Shown: piece after piece, positions 29,145 through 37,699 of the stretch
Position numbering within the stretch: position 1 is the first letter of the stretch
Layout of the letters: the number at the start of each line of letters is the position of its first letter
Assembly: GCA_047947115.1 (NCBI GenBank)
Contig: CP170459.1
Span: 5,856,001-5,920,000, forward strand
Source of the DNA: Verrucomicrobiota bacterium
GTDB lineage: Bacteria > Verrucomicrobiota > Verrucomicrobiia > Limisphaerales > AAA164-E04
Direction: 5' to 3'
Length of the DNA: 64,000 nucleotides
The notes under the pieces: model-generated
Databases searched by the model: none
The model's input: only the letters and a program-made list of their open reading frames with translations
Told to the model about the DNA's origin: nothing
Program-made: the position numbers and the translations under genes

Positions 29145-29196
29145 CGCCCGCAAGCCTACCCGGCCCCATTGGACAAATATGGTCCAATGACAAACT

Positions 29197-29459
29197 TTTA
29201 GATGGTGAATTTAAAAGGGTGAATAGTGAATTGTTGGTGGCAGGTGACGAATCTTACCGCAGCTCCCACCAGGTAGAGCGTGGCGCAATCCTCATGGCTC
29301 CCATCCCCTGCTTCTCACCCCTCAAGGGAAAACCCTACAACACCCAAAAACCCCATCGGCATCGCTTTCGCTAGCGGGGCGGATCGATCCGATCTACCTA
29401 CCCGCTCACCACGTTACAAACAATTCACCATTCTAAATTCACTATTTACTATTTAAAAG
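29197..29459. repeat. Compound repeat unit 1: inverted heptamer arrays enclosing a GTAG REP doublet (29272-29398)
   Basis: Left GGTGAATTTAAAAGGGTGAATAGTGAATTGTT, right AACAATTCACCATTCTAAATTCACTATT; core GGTAGAGCGTGGCG...CGGATCGATCCGATCTACC. Confidence 0.8.
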
Positions 29460-29891
29460 TTCACCCTTTGAATTCCGAAACCACCTCCGATCAACCCACC
29501 ACATCCCCCCCGCTCCAATGGCATACGACACCAGATCGGACCACAGAAAACCTTGCCCGAGAATAAAATTAAAGGGAACCGTATGGCGTATTTGATTGAT
29601 CCAGGGAGCCTGATACAACTGGGAAAACTCCACCAAACAGGAAAGCACATAGGTGATCAAAAACATCTGATTGGGTCCCATGCTACGCCTCCATAACAAT
29701 ACAAACCCGTAGAGCGCCGCAGCCCACAACGCATCTCCCCCGTAAAGCAACATCCAATCAGGCGACCAAGGCCTTGCGAAGGTCCTGGAAGCCAGACCAA
29801 TGCCCAACACAAGTAACCATATCAGGATCAGCCGGGAAATGTTCAAATCACTCGTTTTGAGAGGATCAGGATCAGAGGTTGCGTTTGTCAT
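29442..29891 (-). CDS. DUF2809-like membrane protein
   Basis: YGGDALWA, VEFSQLYQAPWI..IR, LG.GF.WSDL..Y. Confidence 0.82.
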   Translation of the reverse strand: MTNATSDPDPLKTSDLNISRLILIWLLVLGIGLASRTFARPWSPDWMLLYGGDALWAAALYGFVLLWRRSMGPNQMFLITYVLSCLVEFSQLYQAPWINQIRHTVPFNFILGQGFLWSDLVSYAIGAGGMWWVDRRWFRNSKGELLNSK

Positions 29892-29916
29892 CAAGGTTTG
29901 ATTATAAAAGGTGCTT

Positions 29917-30411
29917 ATGCCGACGGTGGGTGAACAACTGGCTTCCGCGAGAGAAGCCAAGGAGTGGAGTCTGGAAGATGTGGCTCGTCTGACCAAACTG
30001 CGTAGCGATCAGGTGCTTGCGCTGGAAGAAGGACGTTATCATATCTTTTCTGCTCCTGTTTACGTACGCGGTTTTGTCAAATCCTACGCCAAACTCGTTC
30101 ATCTCGACCCGGTTCCCCTGATCGAACAACTCAACACAGAGATCAACAAAGACAAGAAACTGGTCCAAGCCGAATCTTTGACCGGACCGGAGCGTGGTTT
30201 TGTTGAGTGGTTCGCTTATGCCCTTTCCCGGGTTCCCTGGCGCATTGTGCTTCCCTTGGTAGCCATTGTGGCGCTGGTAGGTATTTTTGTATGGGGCATG
30301 CAATGGTGGGAGAACACAAAAAATCGCGACCCCCTTGAGGAACTCCCCCCAGGCCTCTACGAACCTTCCCAACCCGTGCCGGCCGAATTCATCCGACCGG
30401 CACAGGAGTGA
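29917..30411 (+). CDS. RodZ-like HTH membrane protein (no periplasmic domain)
   Basis: GEQL..ARE..SLEDVA, ALEEG, VYVRGFVKSYA, single TM. Confidence 0.82.
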   Translation: MPTVGEQLASAREAKEWSLEDVARLTKLRSDQVLALEEGRYHIFSAPVYVRGFVKSYAKLVHLDPVPLIEQLNTEINKDKKLVQAESLTGPERGFVEWFAYALSRVPWRIVLPLVAIVALVGIFVWGMQWWENTKNRDPLEELPPGLYEPSQPVPAEFIRPAQE

Positions 30412-30436
30412 AAGTCCTTTGTCCCCCGTAAAGTCT

Positions 30437-31567
30437 CTATACCTTCACGGTGCGACCGGTTTTGATCGATCGGTAGATGGCTTCAATGGCCTTGAGATCA
30501 CGGTATCCTTCTTCGCCGGAGACGGTTGATTCACGGTTTTCCAAAATGCATTTGGAAAAGACATCCATCTCGTTGGCGAACTGATCGATCACCGGTTTTT
30601 CGATAACATCTCCCTTACTGGTGCGACCTTTGATACCGCCATAACTGTAGGCAGGATCCAGGCTGAACCAACCACGATCACAATGGGCATGAAACCGATT
30701 GATTCCATTGAAATTGTAAGTCGTGCTGCAATAAGCCAGCACACCACTGGGGAACTTCATGGTCCAGACAATCGATTCATCCACTTCCGCAAACTTGACC
30801 GGATCGGTTTTGGTTTCCTGAGCGGAAATCTCAACAGGCTCTTCATCGGTCAGGAAGCGACAGGCCTGCAATGCGTAAATACCGACATCCATCAGGGCAC
30901 CCCCTCCGGCCAGATCAGCTTTCAAACGCCATTGATTTGGATCGCCAATGCGGAAGCCGAATCCGGCGTCAATCATTTTGAGGTTACCAAAAACCTTTTC
31001 ACGCGCCAAACGCATGCACTCGACGTTGTTGGGTTCGAATTGACAACGATAACCGATGGCCAGTTTTTTCCCGGCATCCTTGCAGGCATTGATCATCGCC
31101 CGGCAATCGGAAGATGAGTTCGCCATGGGCTTTTCGCACAACACGTGCTTGCCTGCTTTGGCTGCCCGAATGGTGTATTCAGGATGCATGCCGTTGGGGA
31201 GCACAATGTAGATGACGTCAATGTCGGGATTATTGGCGATCTGATCGTAATTGTCGTAGTTATAGCAGTTTTTAGCAGGAATGTTGTATTGAGCCTTCCA
31301 CTTCTCGATCTTGGAAGGCGTGCCGCTGACGACACCGGCGAGGTAGGAATGTTCGGTCTTCAGAAGTCCGGGAGCGATCTGATTGGTGCTCAAACCACCG
31401 AGACCAACCAGAGCGTAGCCCAGTTTTTTCTTTTCCTGAGATTGAACACGTGGCGCCCAAAGACCGGATTCACCAGCGATAGCTGCACCTGCGGTCAAGG
31501 TTCCCGCCTGTTTGATGAATGAACGGCGATTCGTGGTATTTTGCTTGGGAGAAGGGTTGTCTTGCAT
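30437..31567 (-). CDS. Glucose-fructose oxidoreductase-like Gfo/Idh/MocA protein, Tat-exported
   Basis: NRRSFIK, GYALVGLG, VLPNGMH, HVLCEKPMA, GGGALMDVGIY. Confidence 0.9.
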   Translation of the reverse strand: MQDNPSPKQNTTNRRSFIKQAGTLTAGAAIAGESGLWAPRVQSQEKKKLGYALVGLGGLSTNQIAPGLLKTEHSYLAGVVSGTPSKIEKWKAQYNIPAKNCYNYDNYDQIANNPDIDVIYIVLPNGMHPEYTIRAAKAGKHVLCEKPMANSSSDCRAMINACKDAGKKLAIGYRCQFEPNNVECMRLAREKVFGNLKMIDAGFGFRIGDPNQWRLKADLAGGGALMDVGIYALQACRFLTDEEPVEISAQETKTDPVKFAEVDESIVWTMKFPSGVLAYCSTTYNFNGINRFHAHCDRGWFSLDPAYSYGGIKGRTSKGDVIEKPVIDQFANEMDVFSKCILENRESTVSGEEGYRDLKAIEAIYRSIKTGRTVKV

Positions 31568-31630
31568 GCCCCTATTTTCCCCAAAAAAACACGGTTTGCC
31601 AAGTGCGAGTTTCAGGTCCAAATTCAGGAG

Positions 31631-31782
31631 CAGCTCCAGAGGCAGAGCGTGGCGCCCTTTTGAATAGTGAATTTAGAATGGTGAATGAAGTTGACGAGGT
31701 GAGGGATGGGTAGAGCGTGGCGTCTCGGCGCGCAATCCTTGTGGCTTCCATCCCCTGCATTGCACCCACCAAAGGAAAACCC
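31631..31782. repeat. Compound repeat unit 2, left part: heptamer array (31661-31686) plus left half of REP doublet (from 31709)
   Basis: TGAATAGTGAATTTAGAATGGTGAAT; GGTAGAGCGTGGCGTCTCGGCGCGCAATCCTTGTGGCTTCCATCCCCTGC matches 29272-29311. Confidence 0.8.
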
Positions 31783-31795
31783 ACCCCATTTCAAA

Positions 31796-32170
31796 TCAAG
31801 CCACCGCTGCAGGAAGAGGGCCAGAAGCAACAAGTTTTTTTTGTCTGGAATCGACTGATAGATTCAATCCCTCCAACGAGCGCGCACCTAGCAGAACCTG
31901 ATCACCCGGTTCTCCAAACACCACTTCGTCGATGGTAAAAGCCTTCCCAACCCGGATAATAACGAAACCGACACTGCGGGTAATCACTTCACCATTGGCC
32001 ATCACAAACCTCAGATCTTTTTTCTCACGCTCCACGCCGATCAATTCCAGACGCTTGGCCGGAATCCAGGTATATTCACTCCCCGTATCCACCAAAGCTT
32101 TGGTGATCCGAAGTCCCTTGCTCCGGTCAAGGTGATTTTCCACCCTACAGCCTGTATGAAAAGTTCCCAT
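31796..32170 (-). CDS. Clan AA (retropepsin-like) aspartyl protease
   Basis: ALVDTGS catalytic motif, MANG flap, LLGARSLE. Confidence 0.85.
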   Translation of the reverse strand: MGTFHTGCRVENHLDRSKGLRITKALVDTGSEYTWIPAKRLELIGVEREKKDLRFVMANGEVITRSVGFVIIRVGKAFTIDEVVFGEPGDQVLLGARSLEGLNLSVDSRQKKLVASGPLPAAVA

Positions 32171-32245
32171 ATTGCAATCATACCCCTATTTTTTCAGAAC
32201 CCAAGTATGTAATTTCTATACCCCACATTTTATTGATGAGAAAAA

Positions 32246-32273
32246 TGTCGGCTTTTGGAACCTCGGTGACGAC
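32246..32273 (+). promoter_or_regulatory. Possible ECF-type autoregulated promoter
   Basis: TGTCGG-N18-CGAC just upstream of the ECF sigma start. Confidence 0.35.
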
Positions 32274-32285
32274 AATAGTAAAAAG

Positions 32286-33214
32286 ATGGAACAACCTTCC
32301 AACATCGAGATACTCAAGCAATTCACGCTTTCGCAGGATGAACAGATCTTTGCTGCGATCGTCGAACGTTATGTTGATCTGGTATTTTCTGCTGCACTGC
32401 GCCAATTGCACGACTGGCATTTGGCGGAAGAAGCAACCCAAAATGTGTTCCTGGATTTGCTGAAAGCAGCGCCCAAACTCCCTACTCAAACCATCTTGGG
32501 AGCATGGCTCCACCTGGTGACGCGACGCCGGTGTGTGGACATGATCCGAGCCGAAAAGCGTCGCCGCAATCGGGAACGCATCGCTGCCGACATGCAGAAC
32601 AATCAAACCGACCAGACATGCTGGAAGCAAATTGAGTATCATTTGGAAGAAGCGTTGGAATCGTTAAATAAAAAAGAATACAACGCAGTGATCCTCCGCT
32701 TTTTTGAAGACAAGAACCACCGGGAAGTTGGGGAAACATTAGGCATATCGGAAGACGCGGCCCAGAAACGGATTCAACGAGCCGTCCAACATCTTTCTTC
32801 CTTTCTTGGCAAGCGGGGTTTGGGAGTGGGAGTCACCACTCTGACATCATTGCTTCTCGCCAACACCATCCAAGCCGCGCCGTCCGGGCTTTCTCCATCC
32901 ATTATAACTGCTGCAAACCTATTTGGAACGGGACTCGTGACAACGACAGCCGCTTCTGCAACACAAGCCATCACCATGACCACCTTACAAAAAGCCGTTG
33001 CCACCTCAGTTGTCACCATCAGCCTCGGTGTAGGAATCTATGCCAAACAAGAAGCGAGTCAATTGGAGGACGAAATCCGCCAACTCCAAACTACTCGTGC
33101 AGAAACCATGAAAGACCTGCAAGGGGCTTTGGCCGAAAAGACTTCCCTTCTCGAGGAAGCGCAAAACGAAATAGAACGCTTGAAGGATGCCACAGCGGAC
33201 ATCCACCGACTGCG
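32286..33214 (+). pseudogene. ECF sigma-70 factor with C-terminal extension, 3'-truncated and fused to antisense DNA
   Basis: Region 2 (AEEATQNVFL, GAWL) and region 4 (EVGETLGISEDAAQKRIQRA); after DIHRLR the frame reads the antisense of an oxidoreductase to a stop at 33575. Confidence 0.75.
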
Positions 33215-33772
33215 TTCCGATATCCGCCACGGCGCGCAAAGCTCCTCCTTTTTTGGGCAGCAAACGCCAGTTGTAATCGGTTGGTTTGAGCAGCCAATCC
33301 TGAAAATAGGATCCATTCACATGAATGATCTTCCCGAAGGCACCTTTGGCAATTTCGCTGCGAAGTTGAAGGACCGCTGGATAGAAACGCACATTGTAGT
33401 TCACGGCGAACACCTGTTTCTTGCGTCTTTTTGTTTCCTGGCAGATTTCCAGCGTTTCTTTGGCGGTCATGGCAAGCGGCTTTTCGCATATCACGTGTTT
33501 GCCTGCTTTCAACGCCGCCATCCCTGCGCATGGTGGTGTCGATTGGGAGAGGTGATATGCACCACGTCCACCTGATCAGATTGAATCAACTGCTCAACCT
33601 TATATCCGGAATATACCTGCGGAATACCAAACTGCTCCGCCAACGCTTCAGCCGATCTCGAACCACCGACGGCAAAGACCTGCACCCCCAAGCGACGCAA
33701 GGCCTCCATGTGCACCGGCCCGATGAACCCACCGCCAATGATGCCAGCTCTTATCTGATGCAATGCTTTCAT
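33211..33772 (-). pseudogene. Gfo/Idh/MocA oxidoreductase, frameshifted and 3'-truncated
   Basis: GIIGGGFIG..TSPNRHHHAQ in one frame, MAALKAGKHVICEKPLA in another (about 33522); homology ends at RAVADIGT. Confidence 0.85.
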
Positions 33773-33781
33773 AAGAGTTCA

Positions 33782-33912
33782 GGTAGCGCGTGCCGTCCTC
33801 GGCGCGCCCCCCTTGTGGATTCCATACGTTCGTTTACTGCCCCGTTTTTGGGAAGCCCCAGGTGGTCGATCACCCCACATCTGCATAGCCATCGCTAGCA
33901 GGGCGGATCTAG
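33782..33912. repeat. REP doublet copy 3
   Basis: GGTAGCGCGTGCCGTCCTCGGCGCGC...CACCCCACATCTGCATAGCCATCGCTAGCAGGGCGGATCTA. Confidence 0.75.
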
Positions 33913-33942
33913 CTGCCCCGATCCTCCCACTGCGCACCCCGT

Positions 33943-35280
33943 GGTGCAGGTTCAGAACATAGGTAACACAAAAGGTTCAAGACATAGGTAACACTTTCAT
34001 AGGACATCGGGCTAGAATTACGGCACCGATGCCTTGGAAAGAATGTCATAAAATGGACCAAAAAATGGAATTTGCACTTAAACCAATAGGCACTGAGAAC
34101 TTTGGTGAACTGTGCCGAGAATTTGGCATCAGTCGCAAGACTGGTTATAAGTGGAGAACTCGGTTTGTGAACCAGGGAAAAGAGGGATTGGTCGATCACT
34201 CTAAAAGACCCCGCTCCAATTGCTGCCAACTCAAGGAAGAGGTGGTTTGTGAACTGGTCTCCCTCAAGCAAGGACACTCCACCTGGGGCCCCGAAAAGAT
34301 CCGAGAACTTTACCGGCGGCGATACCCTCAGAAGGTTCCCTCACTGAGCAGCGTTAAGCGTATTCTGGAAAAAGCAGGAATGGTTAAAAAGCGTAAGACT
34401 CGGAGAGTGAAAACCACTGAACGCATTCATAGCCAGCGCATCGCCGAGAAGTCCAATGACATTTGGACGATCGATTTCAAAGGATGGTGGAGAGATCCGA
34501 CCGGTCGACGGTGTGAGCCTTTGACCCTGCGTGACGAATATTCGCGCTATGTTCTGTGTGTTGAACGAACAGTAGATGGTAGAAGCCAAACAGTCCAAAA
34601 AGCATTGGAAAGGGCCTTTGAACGCTATGGATTACCTTTGGCTATCCGCAGCGATAACGGATCACCATTTGCATGCACACGCGCACTGATGGGATTGAGC
34701 AGGCTGTCGGTCTGGTGGTTGGCTCTTGGGATAGAATTGGAACGCAGTCGTCCAGGATGTCCCCAAGATAACGGAGCCCATGAGAGGATGCATCGAGATA
34801 TTGAGCGTGAACTTGCAGGTTTGGAATCAGATCAAAAGTCCTTTGATGTATGGCGCCAAACATTCAACGAGCAAAGGCCCCATCAAGCTCTAGGCAATCG
34901 GACACCCTCCGAAGTCTACCAAGAGTCAGAACGTCAGTATACGGGATCTCCAGATGATCTGGAATATGTCTCAATGGAGAGCAGGAAGGTTCAAAAAGCA
35001 GGCTCCTTTCGGTTGCGTAATCACCACGTATTCCTTTCATCGGCTCTCTCTGGATGGTCAGTAGGCCTTAAGTCAGAGGAACCAGGCTGGCAGAACGTTT
35101 ATTTTGCAAACCTCAATCTGGGACGGGTTGAAACCGAGACGGGGCTTTTTGTTCCGTACGGAACAAAAAGCCCCTAGCCCCAGCATTATCGAAAACCACA
35201 AAAAGAAAACATGTAACCCCAACCCGAATTGTGTTACCCATATTCTGAACCTAAAGTGTTACCTATGTCTTGAACTCACC
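33943..35280 (+). mobile_element. IS481-family insertion sequence
   Basis: Inverted ends each with two GTTCAxxAYATrGGTAACAC units (33950-33994; 35232-35275); flanking direct repeat CCGT, extendable to CACCCCGT. Confidence 0.9.
34029..35177 (+). CDS. IS481-family DDE transposase
   Basis: MPWKE start, LCREFGISRKTGYKW HTH, WTIDFKG / IRSDNG / NGAHERMH triad. Confidence 0.93.
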   Translation: MPWKECHKMDQKMEFALKPIGTENFGELCREFGISRKTGYKWRTRFVNQGKEGLVDHSKRPRSNCCQLKEEVVCELVSLKQGHSTWGPEKIRELYRRRYPQKVPSLSSVKRILEKAGMVKKRKTRRVKTTERIHSQRIAEKSNDIWTIDFKGWWRDPTGRRCEPLTLRDEYSRYVLCVERTVDGRSQTVQKALERAFERYGLPLAIRSDNGSPFACTRALMGLSRLSVWWLALGIELERSRPGCPQDNGAHERMHRDIERELAGLESDQKSFDVWRQTFNEQRPHQALGNRTPSEVYQESERQYTGSPDDLEYVSMESRKVQKAGSFRLRNHHVFLSSALSGWSVGLKSEEPGWQNVYFANLNLGRVETETGLFVPYGTKSP

Positions 35281-35285
35281 CCGTC

Positions 35286-35329
35286 ACAAACAATTCACCA
35301 TTCTAAATTCACTATTCACCATTCTAAAA
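35286..35329. repeat. Right heptamer array of compound repeat
   Basis: ACAAACAATTCACCATTCTAAATTCACTATT is identical to 29416-29446; 35293-35318 is the exact reverse complement of 31661-31686. Confidence 0.85.
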
Positions 35330-36352
35330 CCCTTGTCCTTTGGACAAAGTTTGAATGCGGCAGAGATACATGTCGCTGGTCAGGTAAAGCACTGAGCCAT
35401 CGTTTCCAAAACCACAATTTGCCGTAGCTGGACCGGGACGGATCGTTCCCAGATGTTCGCCTTTGGGCGTGAACACCAACACACCCCCGGGACCAGTCGC
35501 CCAGACCGTGCCATGCACATCCACTTTCAAGCCGTCCGGCAATCCGGGGTTGGCTTCACCCACCATGCTGGTAGCATCAAAAAATCCACGTTCGTTGGCC
35601 ACGGTTCCATCCGGCAGCACATCAAAAGCCACCCAATAAGCCTCACCTGGATCAGAATTCGCAACGTAAAGTGTTTTGCCATCAGGAGAGAGACCAATGC
35701 CGTTTGGACGTGTCATTTTGTCGGTCAGCAATACCAGGTCTCCGTTCTTGCGCAGAAGATAGACGCCCTGAAACAGAAGCTCCTTGGACGGATCGTTCAT
35801 GTTCTTTTCCAATCCGTAAGGAGGATCGGTGAAATAGAGATTACCTTTGGCATCATACACGAGATCGTTCGGACTGTTAAATTTCCGGTGTTTATAGTAG
35901 CGAACAACGGATTCGATATCTCCTTTGGAATTCAATCGACCGATCTGACGATCCCCGTGCATCGCAAGCACCAGACGACCAGATGCATCGAAGGTAAGCC
36001 CATTCGATCCCATCTCACCAAGTCTCGGGTTGTCACCTGTATAACCACTGGGTTTTAAAAACTCGGAAAGGCCTTCTCCTTCCTTCCACTGGTTCACCAC
36101 ATTATTTGGGATGTCGGAAAAAAGAATGGCCTGATTTTTACGGTGCCATACAGGACCCTCGGCCCATTCGAACCCTTCGGCAAGCAGTTCGATGGAGGCA
36201 TCTGCCGCCAACACCTGATTGATGCGTTCATCAAGGCGGTCTACCGTGCCAATAACAACGGGAGCGCTCGAGGTTTCTGCCGATGCCTCCTGTGACCATG
36301 CGGACGAAAGACTCAGCCCTCCGACCAACATGCATGCAAAAGTATGCTTCAT
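35324..36352 (-). CDS. SMP-30/gluconolactonase family protein
   Basis: Signal peptide; WAEGPVW, FSDIP, FNSPNDL, YFTDPPYG, PNGIGLSPD, PDGLKVD. Confidence 0.92.
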   Translation of the reverse strand: MKHTFACMLVGGLSLSSAWSQEASAETSSAPVVIGTVDRLDERINQVLAADASIELLAEGFEWAEGPVWHRKNQAILFSDIPNNVVNQWKEGEGLSEFLKPSGYTGDNPRLGEMGSNGLTFDASGRLVLAMHGDRQIGRLNSKGDIESVVRYYKHRKFNSPNDLVYDAKGNLYFTDPPYGLEKNMNDPSKELLFQGVYLLRKNGDLVLLTDKMTRPNGIGLSPDGKTLYVANSDPGEAYWVAFDVLPDGTVANERGFFDATSMVGEANPGLPDGLKVDVHGTVWATGPGGVLVFTPKGEHLGTIRPGPATANCGFGNDGSVLYLTSDMYLCRIQTLSKGQGF

Positions 36353-36520
36353 GATTCTTTCCTTCATAAAAAAATGGATGTGGGTGAAGGGTGAATAGGG
36401 CTGGATCATTGGTCAAGTCTATTTAAAACACCTAAGGTATTGATCCACGGGCAAAACTGCCTCTAAAATCACCTCTCTATATCAGGAGGACATTGCAGAT
36501 TGAGCTACTGTTGAATCATC

Positions 36521-37033
36521 ATGCCAAAAATCAAACACAACGATCACCCGCTGGTTGTCGCCAAAAAATCCAAAATCCACGGATATGGATGCTACGCCCG
36601 CACAGACATCAAAAAGGGTAAAAGGGTCATGGAGTACGTTGGGCCTTTGATCACTAAGAAAGAAGCCGCCAAGGCATTGGATGCGCAGAACGAATACATC
36701 TTCACCTTGAATGACAAGTTCGACATCGACGGGAGTGTTGATTACAACATTGCGCGGTATATCAATCATAGCTGTGATCCCAACTGCGAGAGCGATATCA
36801 AGAATGACCGGGTCTGGCTTTACACAATACGCGACGTGAAGGAGGGTGAGGAGCTGACCTACAACTACGGTTACGACCTCGAGGACTTTGAATATCGCAC
36901 TTGCAAATGCGGCACCACAAATTGTGTCGGCTACATGGTCGCCGAGGATGATTTCGACAAAGTGAGAGCCATGACTGAGCTGGCGGAAAAGAAGAAAAAG
37001 ACGAAGTCCAAAAAAAAGAAATCCAAGAAATGA
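36521..37033 (+). CDS. SET-domain protein-lysine methyltransferase with post-SET motif
   Basis: IHGYG, RYINHSCDPN, GEELTYNYG, CKCGTTNCVG; Lys-rich tail. Confidence 0.92.
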   Translation: MPKIKHNDHPLVVAKKSKIHGYGCYARTDIKKGKRVMEYVGPLITKKEAAKALDAQNEYIFTLNDKFDIDGSVDYNIARYINHSCDPNCESDIKNDRVWLYTIRDVKEGEELTYNYGYDLEDFEYRTCKCGTTNCVGYMVAEDDFDKVRAMTELAEKKKKTKSKKKKSKK

Positions 37034-37677
37034 AGCGACCCGATTGCATAGTGATTGCCACCGGCAATGAGCACAAAGTCCAGGAAATATCAGACATCCT
37101 GGGCGGGACCATTCGCTGCATTTCGATGAAATCTCTGGATGGATTCCCAGAGTTGATCGAGGACGGTGATACTTTCGAAGCTAATGCGTTGGCCAAAGCT
37201 TCTCAATTAGCCACATGGTTACAGGACTCGATGGCAGTTTCCGGTCATTGGATGACACTGGCGGATGATTCCGGCCTCGAAGTGGATGCGCTGAACGGAG
37301 AACCCGGAGTTTATTCTGCCCGGTTTGCAGCCGATGAAACCGTGCAAAGGGGCAACGCCGACGATGCGGCAAACAATGCAAAGCTGCTGAGACTGCTCAA
37401 AGATGTCCCTGACCAGGAGCGAACCGGCCGGTTTCGCTGCGTGCTGACGCTGTTTCAACCTCAGGCGTCCTCCACCCCGGCCCAACATTGGGTTTTCGAA
37501 GGAGCCTGCGAAGGCGTGCTGCAACACCAAGGCAGTGGAGACCAAGGATTCGGCTACGACCCTCTTTTCAAACCACTCGGTTTTGAGCAAACATTTGCCG
37601 AACTTGGCTCGAAAGTCAAAAACACCATCAGTCACCGCAGCCAAGCCCTGGCAAAACTTAAGGCTTTTCTCGATTGA
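37030..37677 (+). CDS. rdgB: Non-canonical purine NTP pyrophosphatase (HAM1/RdgB)
   Basis: ATGNEHK, ADDSGL, PGVYSAR, GFGYDP, KNTISHR. Confidence 0.95.
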   Translation: MKRPDCIVIATGNEHKVQEISDILGGTIRCISMKSLDGFPELIEDGDTFEANALAKASQLATWLQDSMAVSGHWMTLADDSGLEVDALNGEPGVYSARFAADETVQRGNADDAANNAKLLRLLKDVPDQERTGRFRCVLTLFQPQASSTPAQHWVFEGACEGVLQHQGSGDQGFGYDPLFKPLGFEQTFAELGSKVKNTISHRSQALAKLKAFLD

Positions 37678-37699
37678 TAATCTCACGCTCTAATTGGGC

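Noticed and set aside
31796..32170. Retroelement-derived protease
   Set aside because: Stand-alone clan AA proteases are common in bacteria, and no reverse transcriptase is present.
32172..33575. Intact 467-aa sigma factor as given by the ORF track
   Set aside because: The last 120 or so residues are antisense oxidoreductase sequence, and the likely start is ATG 32286.
33909..34277. 122-aa minus-strand ORF across the IS left end
   Set aside because: It is antisense to the transposase and spans the inverted repeat; it looks spurious.
29197..35329. CRISPR array from recurring repeats
   Set aside because: The repeats are dispersed, degenerate and inverted, with no regular repeat-spacer period and no cas genes.
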